Assembly (NCBI GenBank): GCA_963817385.1
Contig: CAWFOM010000005.1
Span: forward strand, 320,001-384,000
Source of the DNA: an uncultured delta proteobacterium
Lineage (GTDB): Bacteria > Desulfobacterota > Syntrophia > Syntrophales > UBA5619
Direction of reading: 5' to 3'
Length of the DNA stretch: 64,000 nt
In this document: one piece after another, positions 53,195 through 63,859 of the stretch
Numbering within the stretch: the stretch's first letter is position 1
How the letters are laid out: each line of letters starts with the position of its first letter
Notes under the pieces: generated by a model
What the model saw: the letters and a program-made list of their open reading frames with translations, nothing else
Databases searched by the model: none
What the model was told of the DNA's origin: nothing
Program-made: the position numbers and the translations under genes

Positions 53195-53974
53195 TTGATC
53201 AGGCTCTCGGTTGTTATCATTACATTTAATGAAGAAATAAATATTGAGCGATGTATTCAGTCGGTAATCGATTTTGCTGATGAGATTCTTGTAGTAGATT
53301 CTTTCTCTACGGATCAAACCGAAAATATCTGCAGAAGGTATGGGGTGAATTTTATTAAAAATTCATTTAAGGGCCACATTGAGCAAAAGAACTGGGCATT
53401 AAGCCAATCAAAGTTTAACCACGTGCTTTCACTCGATGCAGACGAAGTCGTTTCGGAAGAGTTAAAGAATTCAATACTGAAAATCAAGAAAAACTGGACA
53501 TCTGACGGCTATGATTTTAATCGTCTGACCAATTACTGCGGTCAATGGATTTATCATTGCGGTTGGTATCCCGATAAAAAACTTCGATTATTTGACAAAA
53601 CACAGGGGCAATGGGGAGGGGTAAACCCTCATGATAAATTCATCCTAAAAAGCGGATTTACTCAAGATCACTTAAAAGGAGATCTTCTTCACTATTCGTA
53701 TTCCACCATTTCCGATCATGTAAATAGGATCAACTATTATAGTACTATTTCAGCTCAGGAGATGTTTCTTGGGAAAAGAAGAGCCACGATATTCACAAGT
53801 ATATCTCATTCCCTATGGCGTTATTTCAGCGATTATTTTCTTAAGCGTGGTTTTCTTGATGGATACTATGGATTCGTCATTTCCATACTGAATGCCTATG
53901 CAACATTATTAAAATATGCAAAGTTAAAAGAACTTGAGTCGGGTAGACCGATTTCACCCGATATGACAGCTTGA
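53195..53974 (+). CDS. Glycosyltransferase family 2 (WaaE/KdtX-like)
   Basis: IITFNEE, VVDSFSTD, LDADE, WYPD..RLF, GFLDG. Confidence 0.9.
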   Translation: MIRLSVVIITFNEEINIERCIQSVIDFADEILVVDSFSTDQTENICRRYGVNFIKNSFKGHIEQKNWALSQSKFNHVLSLDADEVVSEELKNSILKIKKNWTSDGYDFNRLTNYCGQWIYHCGWYPDKKLRLFDKTQGQWGGVNPHDKFILKSGFTQDHLKGDLLHYSYSTISDHVNRINYYSTISAQEMFLGKRRATIFTSISHSLWRYFSDYFLKRGFLDGYYGFVISILNAYATLLKYAKLKELESGRPISPDMTA

Positions 53975-53989
53975 GGTTCGTTTTTTGTA

Positions 53990-54246
53990 ATCTCCCGAGC
54001 AAACCGCGCTGTTCCACGGCGCCCGTCGAGATCGATTCAGTAATCGGCGCCTACCTCCTGTTTCGGAAGAGCGTTATCGACGCGGTGTGAATGTTCGACG
54101 AACGCTACTTCTTCTTAATGTCTTCTGCCGGACCGGCTGCTCACCTTCCCTGGAAACCTCCTGTTGCTGGGAATGAATCTCGAGATGCGCCAGCGATTGG
54201 CAGTCGATGGCCACCTGCTTCTCATGCATATCTGGGGATGCCCCTG
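53990..54246 (+). pseudogene. GT2 glycosyltransferase remnant
   Basis: PVEIDSVIGAYLLFRKSVIDAV*MFDERYFF with in-frame TGA, then jumps to a C-terminal-like LLLMHIWGCP*. Confidence 0.7.
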
Positions 54247-54340
54247 AAGGGCCGTTATCATTACCCATCGTCTTTTCATCTATCTTTTTTATCTTGACTT
54301 TCAATGGCAACTTGATTAGCCTCTGCACAATGTTCACGGA

Positions 54341-54760
54341 ATGAACGATATGGTGCAAAGGATGTCCGTTCAACCACCCGATCAACTCGAAAACGAGGAA
54401 GTACTCCGGATCTTCAGGGAGATCTACAAATCACCCGAAATGACCCAGCGTGAACTTTCCTCCCGGCTGGGGATCAGCCTCGGCAAGATCAACTTCCTCA
54501 TCAACGCCCTGATCGAGAGGGGGTTTGTGAAGGTAGAGAATTTTCGGAAATCCAGCAGCAAAAGCGCCTATCTCTATTACCTGACGCCTATGGGTATCGA
54601 GGAAAAAACCCGGACGACATATCTCTTTCTCAAGAAGAAAATATGGGAGTACGAACGTTTGGCGACGGAGATACAGCAACTACGGGAAGAGGTGCGGGAA
54701 AACGGCTTTCCTTCCGGGGAACAGGAACGTTCCGGCAACGGAGAGATAACTGGTACGTAA
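54341..54760 (+). CDS. MarR-family EPS-associated transcriptional regulator
   Basis: TQRELS..LGISLGKIN, NF..S..K..YLYYLTP.GIEEK...FL.KK..EYE. Confidence 0.9.
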   Translation: MNDMVQRMSVQPPDQLENEEVLRIFREIYKSPEMTQRELSSRLGISLGKINFLINALIERGFVKVENFRKSSSKSAYLYYLTPMGIEEKTRTTYLFLKKKIWEYERLATEIQQLREEVRENGFPSGEQERSGNGEITGT

Positions 54761-54765
54761 ATTGC
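54751..54765 (+). promoter_or_regulatory. Sigma54 (-24/-12) promoter candidate
   Basis: TGGTACG-TAAA-TTGC, GG-N10-GC, 120 bp before the ATG at 54885. Confidence 0.6.
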
Positions 54766-54884
54766 CGTCTATAGGTGGGATGGACGGTGTGACAGGGGTA
54801 TCGGATGGAATCCAGAGGGCGGAGCTGTATCCGGATGTCTCTGAAATTGTTGTCCTTCCACCGTCCGATTAAAGGGGGAATAAA

Positions 54885-56519
54885 ATGAAAGCAAGCGGAA
54901 ATCTGGTTTTATGTCTGGCTATATTCATCCTATTCGGGTTGGGGGCGTACTCCACCATCGCTGCCGCTCCCTTTGCTTACATACCCAATTCAGGCAATAA
55001 CAACGTCTCGGTGATTGACACGGCGACTACTCCTCCTAGTATCGTAGCAACCATTCTTGCGGGAACGAATCCCCGCGGTGTGGCGTCAGTCGTGAAGACT
55101 TCGGAAACATTCACCTACATAACGAATTTCGGCAGTGATAATGTGTCGGTCATCCGGACCTTCAGGGACACTTTAACCGACAAAGTTGCTTTCGAGAAGG
55201 TTCGAGACATCAGGGTAGGTAGGAATCCTTACGGGATAGCGGTCGATCCAACGGGAACATTTGCCTATGTCACAAACTTCTTCGATGGCACGGTCTCGAA
55301 GATCGACCTCGGCACCAATACCGTTGCGGCAACAATTCCCGTCGGTTCCAACCCGATAGGCATCGTTGTCAGCCCTGACGGATCCAAAGTCTATGCGGTC
55401 AATAACTCGAGCGGTACCGTTTCCGTCATCAGTGCCGCCGACAACACCAGTATCACGGCGGTCGCGGTGGGCATCAATCCCCTCGGCGTCGCCGTCAATC
55501 CCGCGGGCACCTTCGTCTACGTCACAAATTCCGGCGGGAATTCCATCTCAATTATCAAGACGGCGGACAATTCAGTAACGACAAAACTGGATTTTCATCT
55601 GGGGGCCCCCTCGGGTGTGGCGGTTAATGCCGCCGGAACGCTTGTCTATATCACGAATTTCAGCAGCAACACCCTTTCCTTCTTCGATACGAACAGCAGT
55701 ACGTTCAGCAGCGCGAACATCGCCGTTGGAACAAACCCCATTGGCGTATCGCCGAGCGTAGATGGGGCGTTTATCTATGTGGTAAGCAGTCTCGACGGGA
55801 CCGTTTCCGTTATCGACAATGCAACGAATACGGAAAAACTGCCGCGGATTAAAGTCGGGACATCACCCTATGCCCTCGGCTCCTTCATTGCCTTTTTTGG
55901 AACGACCGTTCCTACCGTCACCGCTACGAAGCCGGCGAATGCCGCTGCAGACGTTTCCCTGGGGACGACGATTCAAGCCACCTTTTCCGATATCATGGAT
56001 GCAACGACGATCAATACCTCGACGTTTTTCGTGAGTGGGAGCGTAACGGGCACTGTGACGTATGACAGCACAACCAAAACCGCCCAGTTCAAGCCACTGA
56101 AAAATCTTGAAAAAAACATCACGTACACGGTCACCTTGACGACCGGGATACGAAATTCGCTGGGGAACGCCCTTGCTTCCAACTACACCTGGAATTTCAC
56201 GACATCGGAAGACAGTGGCGGTTCCTGCTTCATCGCGACGGCGGTTTACGGCTCGTATGATGATGCCCATGTTCGGATATTAAGGACGTTTAGAGATCGG
56301 TATCTTCTTCCCAATGCCGGGGGCGCGGCAATCGTTGCCGTCTATTATCGATATTCACCGCCGGTTGCCGCCTTTATCAGAGAACACAATTTCCTGAGAG
56401 CGCCGACAAGATGGCTGCTGGCACCGGTGGTATATTTTGTCCAATATCCGTGGCATCTTGCGATGATGTTGGGATTGGGTTTGATCATCATCGTAGGAAG
56501 AAAAAAGGTAAGAAGATAA
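54885..56519 (+). CDS. Exported YVTN beta-propeller + Ig-like (Big_5) protein with a CFI-box-CTERM domain
   Basis: Signal peptide; about 7 YVTN/GxxPxG repeats; PTV..P...TFS...YTVTLTTGI..GN domain; GGSCFIATAVYGS...FRDRYL...YYRYSPP, TM helix, RKKVRR. Confidence 0.88.
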   Translation: MKASGNLVLCLAIFILFGLGAYSTIAAAPFAYIPNSGNNNVSVIDTATTPPSIVATILAGTNPRGVASVVKTSETFTYITNFGSDNVSVIRTFRDTLTDKVAFEKVRDIRVGRNPYGIAVDPTGTFAYVTNFFDGTVSKIDLGTNTVAATIPVGSNPIGIVVSPDGSKVYAVNNSSGTVSVISAADNTSITAVAVGINPLGVAVNPAGTFVYVTNSGGNSISIIKTADNSVTTKLDFHLGAPSGVAVNAAGTLVYITNFSSNTLSFFDTNSSTFSSANIAVGTNPIGVSPSVDGAFIYVVSSLDGTVSVIDNATNTEKLPRIKVGTSPYALGSFIAFFGTTVPTVTATKPANAAADVSLGTTIQATFSDIMDATTINTSTFFVSGSVTGTVTYDSTTKTAQFKPLKNLEKNITYTVTLTTGIRNSLGNALASNYTWNFTTSEDSGGSCFIATAVYGSYDDAHVRILRTFRDRYLLPNAGGAAIVAVYYRYSPPVAAFIREHNFLRAPTRWLLAPVVYFVQYPWHLAMMLGLGLIIIVGRKKVRR

Positions 56520-56520
56520 A

Positions 56521-58038
56521 ATGGCTGACATATCTTTTCAGGAATACCCCGCGAAACCGGTGGTCATCGGCAATCTTTCCGTTCTGTTTATGAAGCAGTC
56601 CAGGTTTGTTCCCCTGCAACTGGATGACGATACTCTGAGCATTGCCATTGCGGATCCGGGGGACTTTTACACCATAGATACCCTCAAGCTCGCCTGCAAC
56701 TTGAATATAGAGGTATGCCGGGGGAGGGAGGAGGACATCCTTGCGGCTATCGAGAGATTGTATGGCACCGGAAGCCAGTCTCTGGAAATGATCATAGAGG
56801 AGGCAGGCAGGGATACCGACGATATCTTCTCGGAAGGGGTGGTGGACGCAGACCATCTGAGGGACCTTGCTTCAGAGGCCCCGATTATCAGACTGGTCAA
56901 CCGGCTTATCTTAAATGCGGTGGAGGTGAGAGCAAGCGATATTCATTTTGAGCCTTTTGAAAATGAGTTTAAAGTGCGATATCGTATAGACGGTATCCTG
57001 CACAATATGGAATCTCCCCCCAGCCGCCTTCAGGACGCCATAATTTCCCGGGTCAAGATCATGGCGAAAATGGATATCGCTGAAAGACGGCTTCCTCGGG
57101 ATGGGAGAATCAAACTCAAGGTAGCGGATAAGGAGATCGATTTTCGGGTTTCAACCCTGCCCACCATTTTCGGAGAGAGCCTGGTAATGAGGATCCTGGA
57201 CAGGGACGCGTTAATTCTTGATCTCGAAAAACTCGGTCTTCCTGAAGACCTGCTTCCGCAGTATGTAGATCTGATATCAAAGCCTTACGGGATGATACTG
57301 GTTACCGGACCTACAGGAAGCGGCAAAACGACGACGCTGTATACCACCCTGGCAAAGATAAACTCTCCGGAAACGAAAATTATAACACTTGAAGAGCCGG
57401 TGGAATATCAACTGAGAGGCGTTAATCAAATCCAGGTTAATACGAAAATCGGCATGACCTTCGCGAATGGCCTTCGTTCCATTGTGCGCCAGGATCCCGA
57501 CATTATCCTGGTCGGAGAAATACGGGATCGAGAGACCGCAGAGACGGCTATTCAATCCGCTCTCACGGGTCACCTGCTTTTCAGTACCCTGCACACGAAC
57601 GACGCAGCAGGCGCCATTTCCCGGCTGCTTGATATAGGTGTGGAGAACTTTCTCCTTAGCTCCACGCTCTTGGGAATCCTGGCCCAAAGGCTTGTCAGGG
57701 TTATCTGTCCTCATTGCAAGAAACGAGTCGAGCCCGAGGGAAAGCTCTTAAAGGCGATGAATTTAAGCCCTGACAAAATTTCCGGAATCGAGTTTTTCGC
57801 GGGAGAGGGGTGTGAAGAGTGCAACCATACCGGGTTCAGAGGAAGAATAGGGATTTTCGAGTATCTCCCCGTGGATGATGACATCAGGAAAGAAATTACG
57901 GCGAGGTCCAGCACCGAAAGGATCAAAGACGTAGCGCTCAAGAAAGGGATAGTGACGTTGCGTCAGGATGGCTGGAATAAGGTTACAAGGGGAATCACTA
58001 CCATATCAGAGGTGTTGAGGGTAACGCTCGAGAAATAA
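56521..58038 (+). CDS. gspE: Type II secretion ATPase
   Basis: ASDIHFEP, GPTGSGKTTT, RQDPDIILVGEIRD, tetracysteine motif. Confidence 0.93.
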   Translation: MADISFQEYPAKPVVIGNLSVLFMKQSRFVPLQLDDDTLSIAIADPGDFYTIDTLKLACNLNIEVCRGREEDILAAIERLYGTGSQSLEMIIEEAGRDTDDIFSEGVVDADHLRDLASEAPIIRLVNRLILNAVEVRASDIHFEPFENEFKVRYRIDGILHNMESPPSRLQDAIISRVKIMAKMDIAERRLPRDGRIKLKVADKEIDFRVSTLPTIFGESLVMRILDRDALILDLEKLGLPEDLLPQYVDLISKPYGMILVTGPTGSGKTTTLYTTLAKINSPETKIITLEEPVEYQLRGVNQIQVNTKIGMTFANGLRSIVRQDPDIILVGEIRDRETAETAIQSALTGHLLFSTLHTNDAAGAISRLLDIGVENFLLSSTLLGILAQRLVRVICPHCKKRVEPEGKLLKAMNLSPDKISGIEFFAGEGCEECNHTGFRGRIGIFEYLPVDDDIRKEITARSSTERIKDVALKKGIVTLRQDGWNKVTRGITTISEVLRVTLEK

Positions 58039-58039
58039 C

Positions 58040-59268
58040 ATGTCCACGTATTCATACAAAGCAACAGATCCTGCGGGTAAACTTGTTACCGGCACCCTGG
58101 AAGCCGCAGAAGAGAAGGAAGCAGTGGCCAGCCTTCAGAGTATGAGATATATCCCCATCAGGATTAGCCTGGCGAAAAGAACTCGCATCGGGCCGGATAT
58201 TGATCTGTCAAAAGGGTCGCTTCTTTATTCAAGAGGGTTTCCACGAAGGATGTCGTGGTCTTTACCCAGGATCTTTCCACGTTGCTGGAAGCCGGAGTTC
58301 CGGTGGATCGGGCACTGTCGATATTGATCGATGTCGCGGAAAAGGATAGATTCAAGGATGTCCTCAGAGATGTTTTGAAAAATATCCAGGGGGGGAGTTA
58401 TCTGTCGAACGCGCTGGCAAAATATCCCCGGGTGTTTTCTTCTTTTTATGTGAGCATGGTAAGGGCAGGAGAAGCGGGAGGCGTCCTGGATGATGTTCTC
58501 AAGAGGCTCGGCGCTTTTTTGGAAAGCTCCCAGGATTTCAAGGACTATATAAAGTCCGCCATGGTTTACCCGATATTCCTTGTCTTTGTCGGCGGTGTTT
58601 CAATCATCATTCTGTTAACCTTTGTAATGCCCAAATTTGCCGTTATTTTCTCCGATATGCGTCAAGCCATACCGTTAGCCACCCGGGTTTTACTGGGATT
58701 CAGTGCGGCGCTAAAAACGTACTGGCCGGTCATTCTTGGTGGATTAGGGGTCATCTATTTTTTCGTGAGACGGTATATAAGGACGCCTGCAGGCAGTTTA
58801 AAGCTGGATCACTACAAACTGCATTTCCCCGTCGCCGGAGAACTGGTCAAGAAGATAGAAGTGGCCCGGTTCGCAAGAACACTGGGAACACTGTCACAAA
58901 GCGGGGTTCCCATTTTACAGGCCCTTAATCTGGTTAAGGACATTATCGGCAACCAGGTGATTGCGGGGACTCTTGGAAATGTCTATGACAGGGTCAAGCA
59001 AGGGGAAAAACTCTCAAAGCCCCTTGGTGAGATAGATGTGTTTCCCTCCCTGGCGATCCAGATGATTACGGTAGGAGAGGAAACGGGAAAACTTGGTGAA
59101 ATGCTCTTGAGAGTGGCGGAAAATTACGAGAAGGTGGCAAGGGACACGGTGAGAAGACTTGTCAGTTTTCTTGAACCGGCTATGATTCTTTGTATGGGCG
59201 TTGTGGTGGGTTTTATCGTTATATCCATGATGATGGCTATATTCAGCATGAATGAAATGCCGTTTTGA
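58040..59268 (+). CDS. gspF: Type II secretion inner-membrane platform protein (apparent frameshift near 58215)
   Basis: YSYKA..G N-terminus; AGEAGG.L, AMVYP, GEETG, LEP. Confidence 0.9.
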
Positions 59269-59283
59269 AGGGAGTTGTTTTTT

Positions 59284-59716
59284 ATGAAAATGTTACGGAA
59301 AGAAAAGGGATTCACCCTCATCGAACTTTTGATTGTTATGGTTATTTTAGGACTTCTGGCTGCCTTGGTTGGCCCTCGTATGTTTGGGAAGGTGGGAACG
59401 TCCAAACAAAAAGCTGCAAAGGCCCAGATATCGCTATTTGAAACGAGCCTTGATACGTACCGGCTCGACGTAGGCAAATATCCAACAACGGAGCAGGGAC
59501 TGACAGGCGCTCAGGGTGAAACCGGATGGCGCGGAAAAGTGGGATGGCCCCTATCTTCCGAAGGATGTGCCTCTGGACCCATGGGGAAAACCCTATGTAT
59601 ATGAATCGCCGGGCAAGCATGGAGACTATGACATTATTGCACTGGGAGCTGACGGAACCCCCGGGGGGGAGGGTGAGGACACAGATATTGAGAGTTGGAC
59701 AAATATCGGACAATAA
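59284..59716 (+). CDS. gspG: Major pseudopilin (apparent frameshift near 59500)
   Basis: GFTLIELL, YRLDVGKYPTTEQGL, WDGPYL, DPWG, GADG..GGEGED. Confidence 0.93.
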
Positions 59717-59735
59717 CCCCAATGTGCTATTTTTC

Positions 59736-60290
59736 ATGCACCGCCGGGACCATAGAGGCTTTACGCTTCTTGAACTTATCGTAGTATTGGTAATCATCAG
59801 CCTCATGTCTGCCCTCGTGGTCCCGAAGTTGGCGGGACCCATGAGCAATCTTGATCTGAAAACCGCCTCCCAAAAGATCTCGGCATCGCTGAGATATGTA
59901 AGGAGTCACGCCGCGTCGGAAAAGACAACCTATGCAGCGCTGTTTGACTTCGATAACAATAAACTGGTCATTATCAATCCCCCCCTGGTAAAGGGGGATT
60001 TTCATATTAACAATCGGGGAGCGTTTGACCGGACGCCGGTAGAACCGCCTGACAATGAGAAAGACCGGCCGGGCGGATTAAAAACGTATACTCTGCCCGA
60101 TGGGGTGAAACTTCTAAAAGGCGTATCAAGGGAGGGTGATGTTAATTCGGGCTTCTTCCGGATCTTTTTTTTCCCCAGCGGAGGCAGTAGCGGGGGCGAG
60201 GTAACTGTGGCCAATGAGCGAGGCAGGCAGTACAAAATAACTGTTGACTTTATCACCGGAATGGTGCAGCTCTCGGAGGTCATGGGCTAG
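59736..60290 (+). CDS. gspH: Minor pseudopilin
   Basis: GFTLLEL, FFPSGGSSGG, VDFITG. Confidence 0.85.
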   Translation: MHRRDHRGFTLLELIVVLVIISLMSALVVPKLAGPMSNLDLKTASQKISASLRYVRSHAASEKTTYAALFDFDNNKLVIINPPLVKGDFHINNRGAFDRTPVEPPDNEKDRPGGLKTYTLPDGVKLLKGVSREGDVNSGFFRIFFFPSGGSSGGEVTVANERGRQYKITVDFITGMVQLSEVMG

Positions 60291-60709
60291 TGGAAAACAG
60301 GGGCTTCACACTTATAGAAACCCTTGTTGCCATATCCATTCTTGCCATCTCTCTTGTCGTCATCTTGCAACTCTTTTCCGGCGGTCTGAAATCCAGTAAA
60401 CTATCGGATGAATATACCCGCGGCATATTCCATGCGAGAGAAAAGATGGATGAGATCCTCCTTGCCGGAGAACTCACCGAGGGGGTCATTGGCGGTGAAT
60501 TGGACGATGGTTTCAGATGGAAAGCGGAAGCCCTACCTCTCGATATTCCGGAAGCAAAGGATGTCACATTGCCCTTTCGTGCTTTCAATATAAAGGTGGA
60601 TGTCATGTGGGATACGGGTGGACGGGAAAAACATTTTGCCATAAGCGCGATAAAGCTGGTCAAGCCCAGTAACGATAACCTCTTGATAAGCTCTAAGATG
60701 TCACGATGA
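60290..60709 (+). CDS. gspI: Minor pseudopilin
   Basis: GFTLIETLVA; position in operon. Confidence 0.8.
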   Translation: MENRGFTLIETLVAISILAISLVVILQLFSGGLKSSKLSDEYTRGIFHAREKMDEILLAGELTEGVIGGELDDGFRWKAEALPLDIPEAKDVTLPFRAFNIKVDVMWDTGGREKHFAISAIKLVKPSNDNLLISSKMSR

Positions 60710-61375
60710 TCAAATTCGGGCAGGCCCGTAAGGTAAAAGAGATGTCGAACGGTAAAAGCAGCAGAGGTTTTACCCTTTTGGAATTGATGATCGCGCTTAC
60801 GATCGTGGCGATGATAGTGGTCATCATCTTCGGCGCTTTGAGAATCGGCATACGGGCGTGGGAGAAAGGCGAAAGGGATGTGGACAGTCGCCAGAGACAG
60901 CGCATTGTGCTGGATCTAATCAAGCGTCAACTGACATCAACCTCTGTGAGTGAGGTGTGGGGGATGGATCAACAACTGGTCTCCTTAACGGGCGATAGCA
61001 AGTCCATAGATTTCGTATCCCATATTCCCATGACGCCCGGCAACCGGCTTGGCCTGGTTTATGTTAAGTATGCCGTCAGGCGGGAAAAGGAAGGCAACAA
61101 AGAGCATCTTACATTTTACGAGAAAAATGTTGTATTGCTCGACAAAAAGATAGGCGCGGGTAATCCGGACGAAAGCTGATTTTTTTGAATTAATTCCCGG
61201 GGTGAAAAGCATAGTATTTGAATACTTGAAAGACCGGCCCGGTGAAGAAGCATCAATATGGCAGAAAAGCTGGGACCCGGCGGTCGACAAGGGGGTTCCC
61301 CGGGCGGTCAGGATTACGCTCACGGAAAGTGACGAAAAGGCCCCCATTTATGTGATCGCAGGGGTAGGGGAGTAG
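60706..61375 (+). CDS. gspJ: Minor pseudopilin (apparent frameshift near 61172)
   Basis: GFTLLELMIA; shifted frame gives FEYL...W.KSW...PRAVRI to TAG at 61375. Confidence 0.8.
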
Positions 61376-61388
61376 AGGATAGTGCCTT

Positions 61389-62405
61389 ATGAAACATCAT
61401 CTGACAAGTGAGCGTGGCATTGCGTTATTCCTCGTGCTGTGGGTCATGGCGCTTCTCACGATCATTGCAGGCGAGTTTTGCTATGCTATAAGAACAGAAG
61501 CAAACATCACCCGCAACTTCAAGGAGGAAACACAGACCTATTATATTGCGGTGACCGGGCTCTATTGGGCTATCGGGGAACTGGTAGTGAATGAGTATGT
61601 TCCCCTGAAGGTGAAAGCTCCTGGTGGCGGAAGCGAACAAGAGGATATCAGGTGGAGAATCAATACCGATATCCCCGCAATCCCCTTTGGAGATGGTCAA
61701 TTCAAAGCGGAAATAGAGAACCAAAGCGGAAAGGTTAACCTGAACATGGCTAACGAGACCCTGTTGAAGATGATGCTGAGCAATTTTGAAATCGATGATA
61801 CCAACAAAAATATCATTGTAGATTCCATTATGGATTGGCGGGACAAAGACAACCTTCACCGCCTAAACGGCGCTGAAGATGATTATTATCTTTCCCTTCC
61901 TCAACCGTACAAGTGTAAGAACGGCGATTTTACATCGATAGAAGAACTGCTTCTTGTCAGGGGGGTAACTCCCGAGATATTCTACGGCGGGCTTCAGGAT
62001 ATGGTCACCGTTTATCAGGATAAAAAAGCGGAACGCGATAACAGGAAAATAGGGGAGTTTGATTTTAACAAGATAAACATCAATGCCGCATCGCCACGAA
62101 TGCTGCGCGCTCTTCCACGAATGACGGAGGATGTAGTTCAGGCAATTATGAAATATCGAGAAATAAAAGATTTCCGGTTACTGATTGATCTGAATCTTGT
62201 TGTTGGATCTGACATATACGCAGGAATCTCACCCTACATCACGTTGATCCGATTTCCCTACTATACGATCAAGTCAGTGGGAATGCTCAAGGAGAGCAAG
62301 ACCCGTCAGGGTGTGCAGGCCGTGGTTAAAATTGATAGATCGCTCAAAAAAGGATATGAGGTCATTCAGTGGATCGATGGTCTCGAATACCGATCGCAAC
62401 AGTGA
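61389..62405 (+). CDS. gspK: Minor pseudopilin
   Basis: GIAL..VLW (no Glu5), GKVNLN, DWRD.D, GAE..YY, EELLLVRG, ININAA. Confidence 0.92.
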   Translation: MKHHLTSERGIALFLVLWVMALLTIIAGEFCYAIRTEANITRNFKEETQTYYIAVTGLYWAIGELVVNEYVPLKVKAPGGGSEQEDIRWRINTDIPAIPFGDGQFKAEIENQSGKVNLNMANETLLKMMLSNFEIDDTNKNIIVDSIMDWRDKDNLHRLNGAEDDYYLSLPQPYKCKNGDFTSIEELLLVRGVTPEIFYGGLQDMVTVYQDKKAERDNRKIGEFDFNKININAASPRMLRALPRMTEDVVQAIMKYREIKDFRLLIDLNLVVGSDIYAGISPYITLIRFPYYTIKSVGMLKESKTRQGVQAVVKIDRSLKKGYEVIQWIDGLEYRSQQ

Positions 62406-62452
62406 TATCTGGCAACGTTTAACCCGGGCAAATCTATTTATGGAGGTTAGCC

Positions 62453-63826
62453 TTGTACTTTCAGGCAAGTGTCGGCATAGATATTGAGAACAACCGTGTT
62501 TCCCTGGTATACCTGAAAGCATCGCTCAAGGGGCTTTGCCTTGCAGCCCACGCCATCTATCCCCTTGAAAAGGAGGATCCTGAAGAAAAAACAGCGGAAA
62601 CCAGAAAGTATGTCAATGAATTTCTGAGAAACCACCGGATTTCATCGGCGGATATTTTTGTGGGAATACGGCGGGATTTGACGATACTCAGATATATTGA
62701 ACTACCATTAGCCGTCAAAGAAAACCTCAGGGGAACCTTATACTATGAGATGGAGAAATATGTACCCGTTCCCGTCAGCGAGATCTACTTTGATTGCCAA
62801 ATAATTGCCGAAGACAAAGAAGCTAACAAATTAACGGTTCTTCTCGTAGTCGTTAAAAAGGAATTTATCGATCCGTACCTTGATCGCGATAACCGGTTAG
62901 GCGAAGGAATATCGGGGATAGAGATTAATTCCATTGCATTGGTTAACTACTTATCCTCCAAACCAAACACACCGAATGCGGATACTTATGCCGTTGTGTG
63001 TCTCGGGCGTGAACATCTTGAACTGAGTTTTGTCAAAAAAAATTTTCTGCATTACTCAAGACATGTGAAAATTGATGAAAAGGGAGGCAGTCTGCAGCAC
63101 TTTGTCCTGGACGAGTTAGAACTGCTCAGGAAAACACTCGGACAGGAGCAAGGCCGGTTGGAGGTTATATGCTGTGGGCCTGAAACCGATAGCATCATTG
63201 AACTGCTCAAGGAGAGGGAGGATATCAGCCTCCGCCCGCTGGAGCTTTCCAGAACGGGAATCCCGTCGGATGTCCTGGCGCCGGCATACGGCCTTGCCTT
63301 AAAGGGGATACAAAAGGCGCCGATGGATATCAATTTTCTGCCTGTCAACCTTCGGAAAAAGGTCGGCAAAATTGGATATTATATGATGTTTGTTCTGGCC
63401 GGTCTCTTCATCTTGTCGATCCTTGCGTGGGGAGGGAGCAATATCCTGCACCAGAAACGTGTTTCTGACAAGCTTGACAGCGAGATCAAACAACTGAGCG
63501 CTGAAGTTGCGGACATTAACCGGACTCAGGCAAGATTGAAAGAATTAGAGAATAAAATAGACGCCATAAACGCGCTTCGCCAGCGCCATCTGCCCGTCTT
63601 GAGCATTCTACGGGATCTAAGCAAGGAAATCCCGGACGGCGCGTGGCTCGACAGACTCTCATTTACCGATAAAGGGGGGGAAATAGAAGGTTATGCGGAT
63701 TCCGCCTCGGCATTGATTCCTCTTCTTGCGGCATCTCCCCTGTTGAAGGATGTGGCCTTTTTGTCTCCAATCACAAAAGGCAAGGATGGCAAGGAAAAAT
63801 TTCGGATAGGGTTTAAAGTGCGGTAA
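62453..63826 (+). CDS. gspL: GspL-like protein (actin-like cytoplasmic domain + PilN domain)
   Basis: GIDI N-terminus, AYGLAL..INFLP, TM helix, coiled coil, IP..W, EGYA. Confidence 0.78.
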   Translation: MYFQASVGIDIENNRVSLVYLKASLKGLCLAAHAIYPLEKEDPEEKTAETRKYVNEFLRNHRISSADIFVGIRRDLTILRYIELPLAVKENLRGTLYYEMEKYVPVPVSEIYFDCQIIAEDKEANKLTVLLVVVKKEFIDPYLDRDNRLGEGISGIEINSIALVNYLSSKPNTPNADTYAVVCLGREHLELSFVKKNFLHYSRHVKIDEKGGSLQHFVLDELELLRKTLGQEQGRLEVICCGPETDSIIELLKEREDISLRPLELSRTGIPSDVLAPAYGLALKGIQKAPMDINFLPVNLRKKVGKIGYYMMFVLAGLFILSILAWGGSNILHQKRVSDKLDSEIKQLSAEVADINRTQARLKELENKIDAINALRQRHLPVLSILRDLSKEIPDGAWLDRLSFTDKGGEIEGYADSASALIPLLAASPLLKDVAFLSPITKGKDGKEKFRIGFKVR

Positions 63827-63859
63827 CACCTTGGTCGCTTGAAAAAAGTAAGGATTATT

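Noticed and set aside
54088..54090. In-frame TGA as selenocysteine
   Set aside because: The position corresponds to Gly in a decayed GT2 fragment; no SECIS-like hairpin evident
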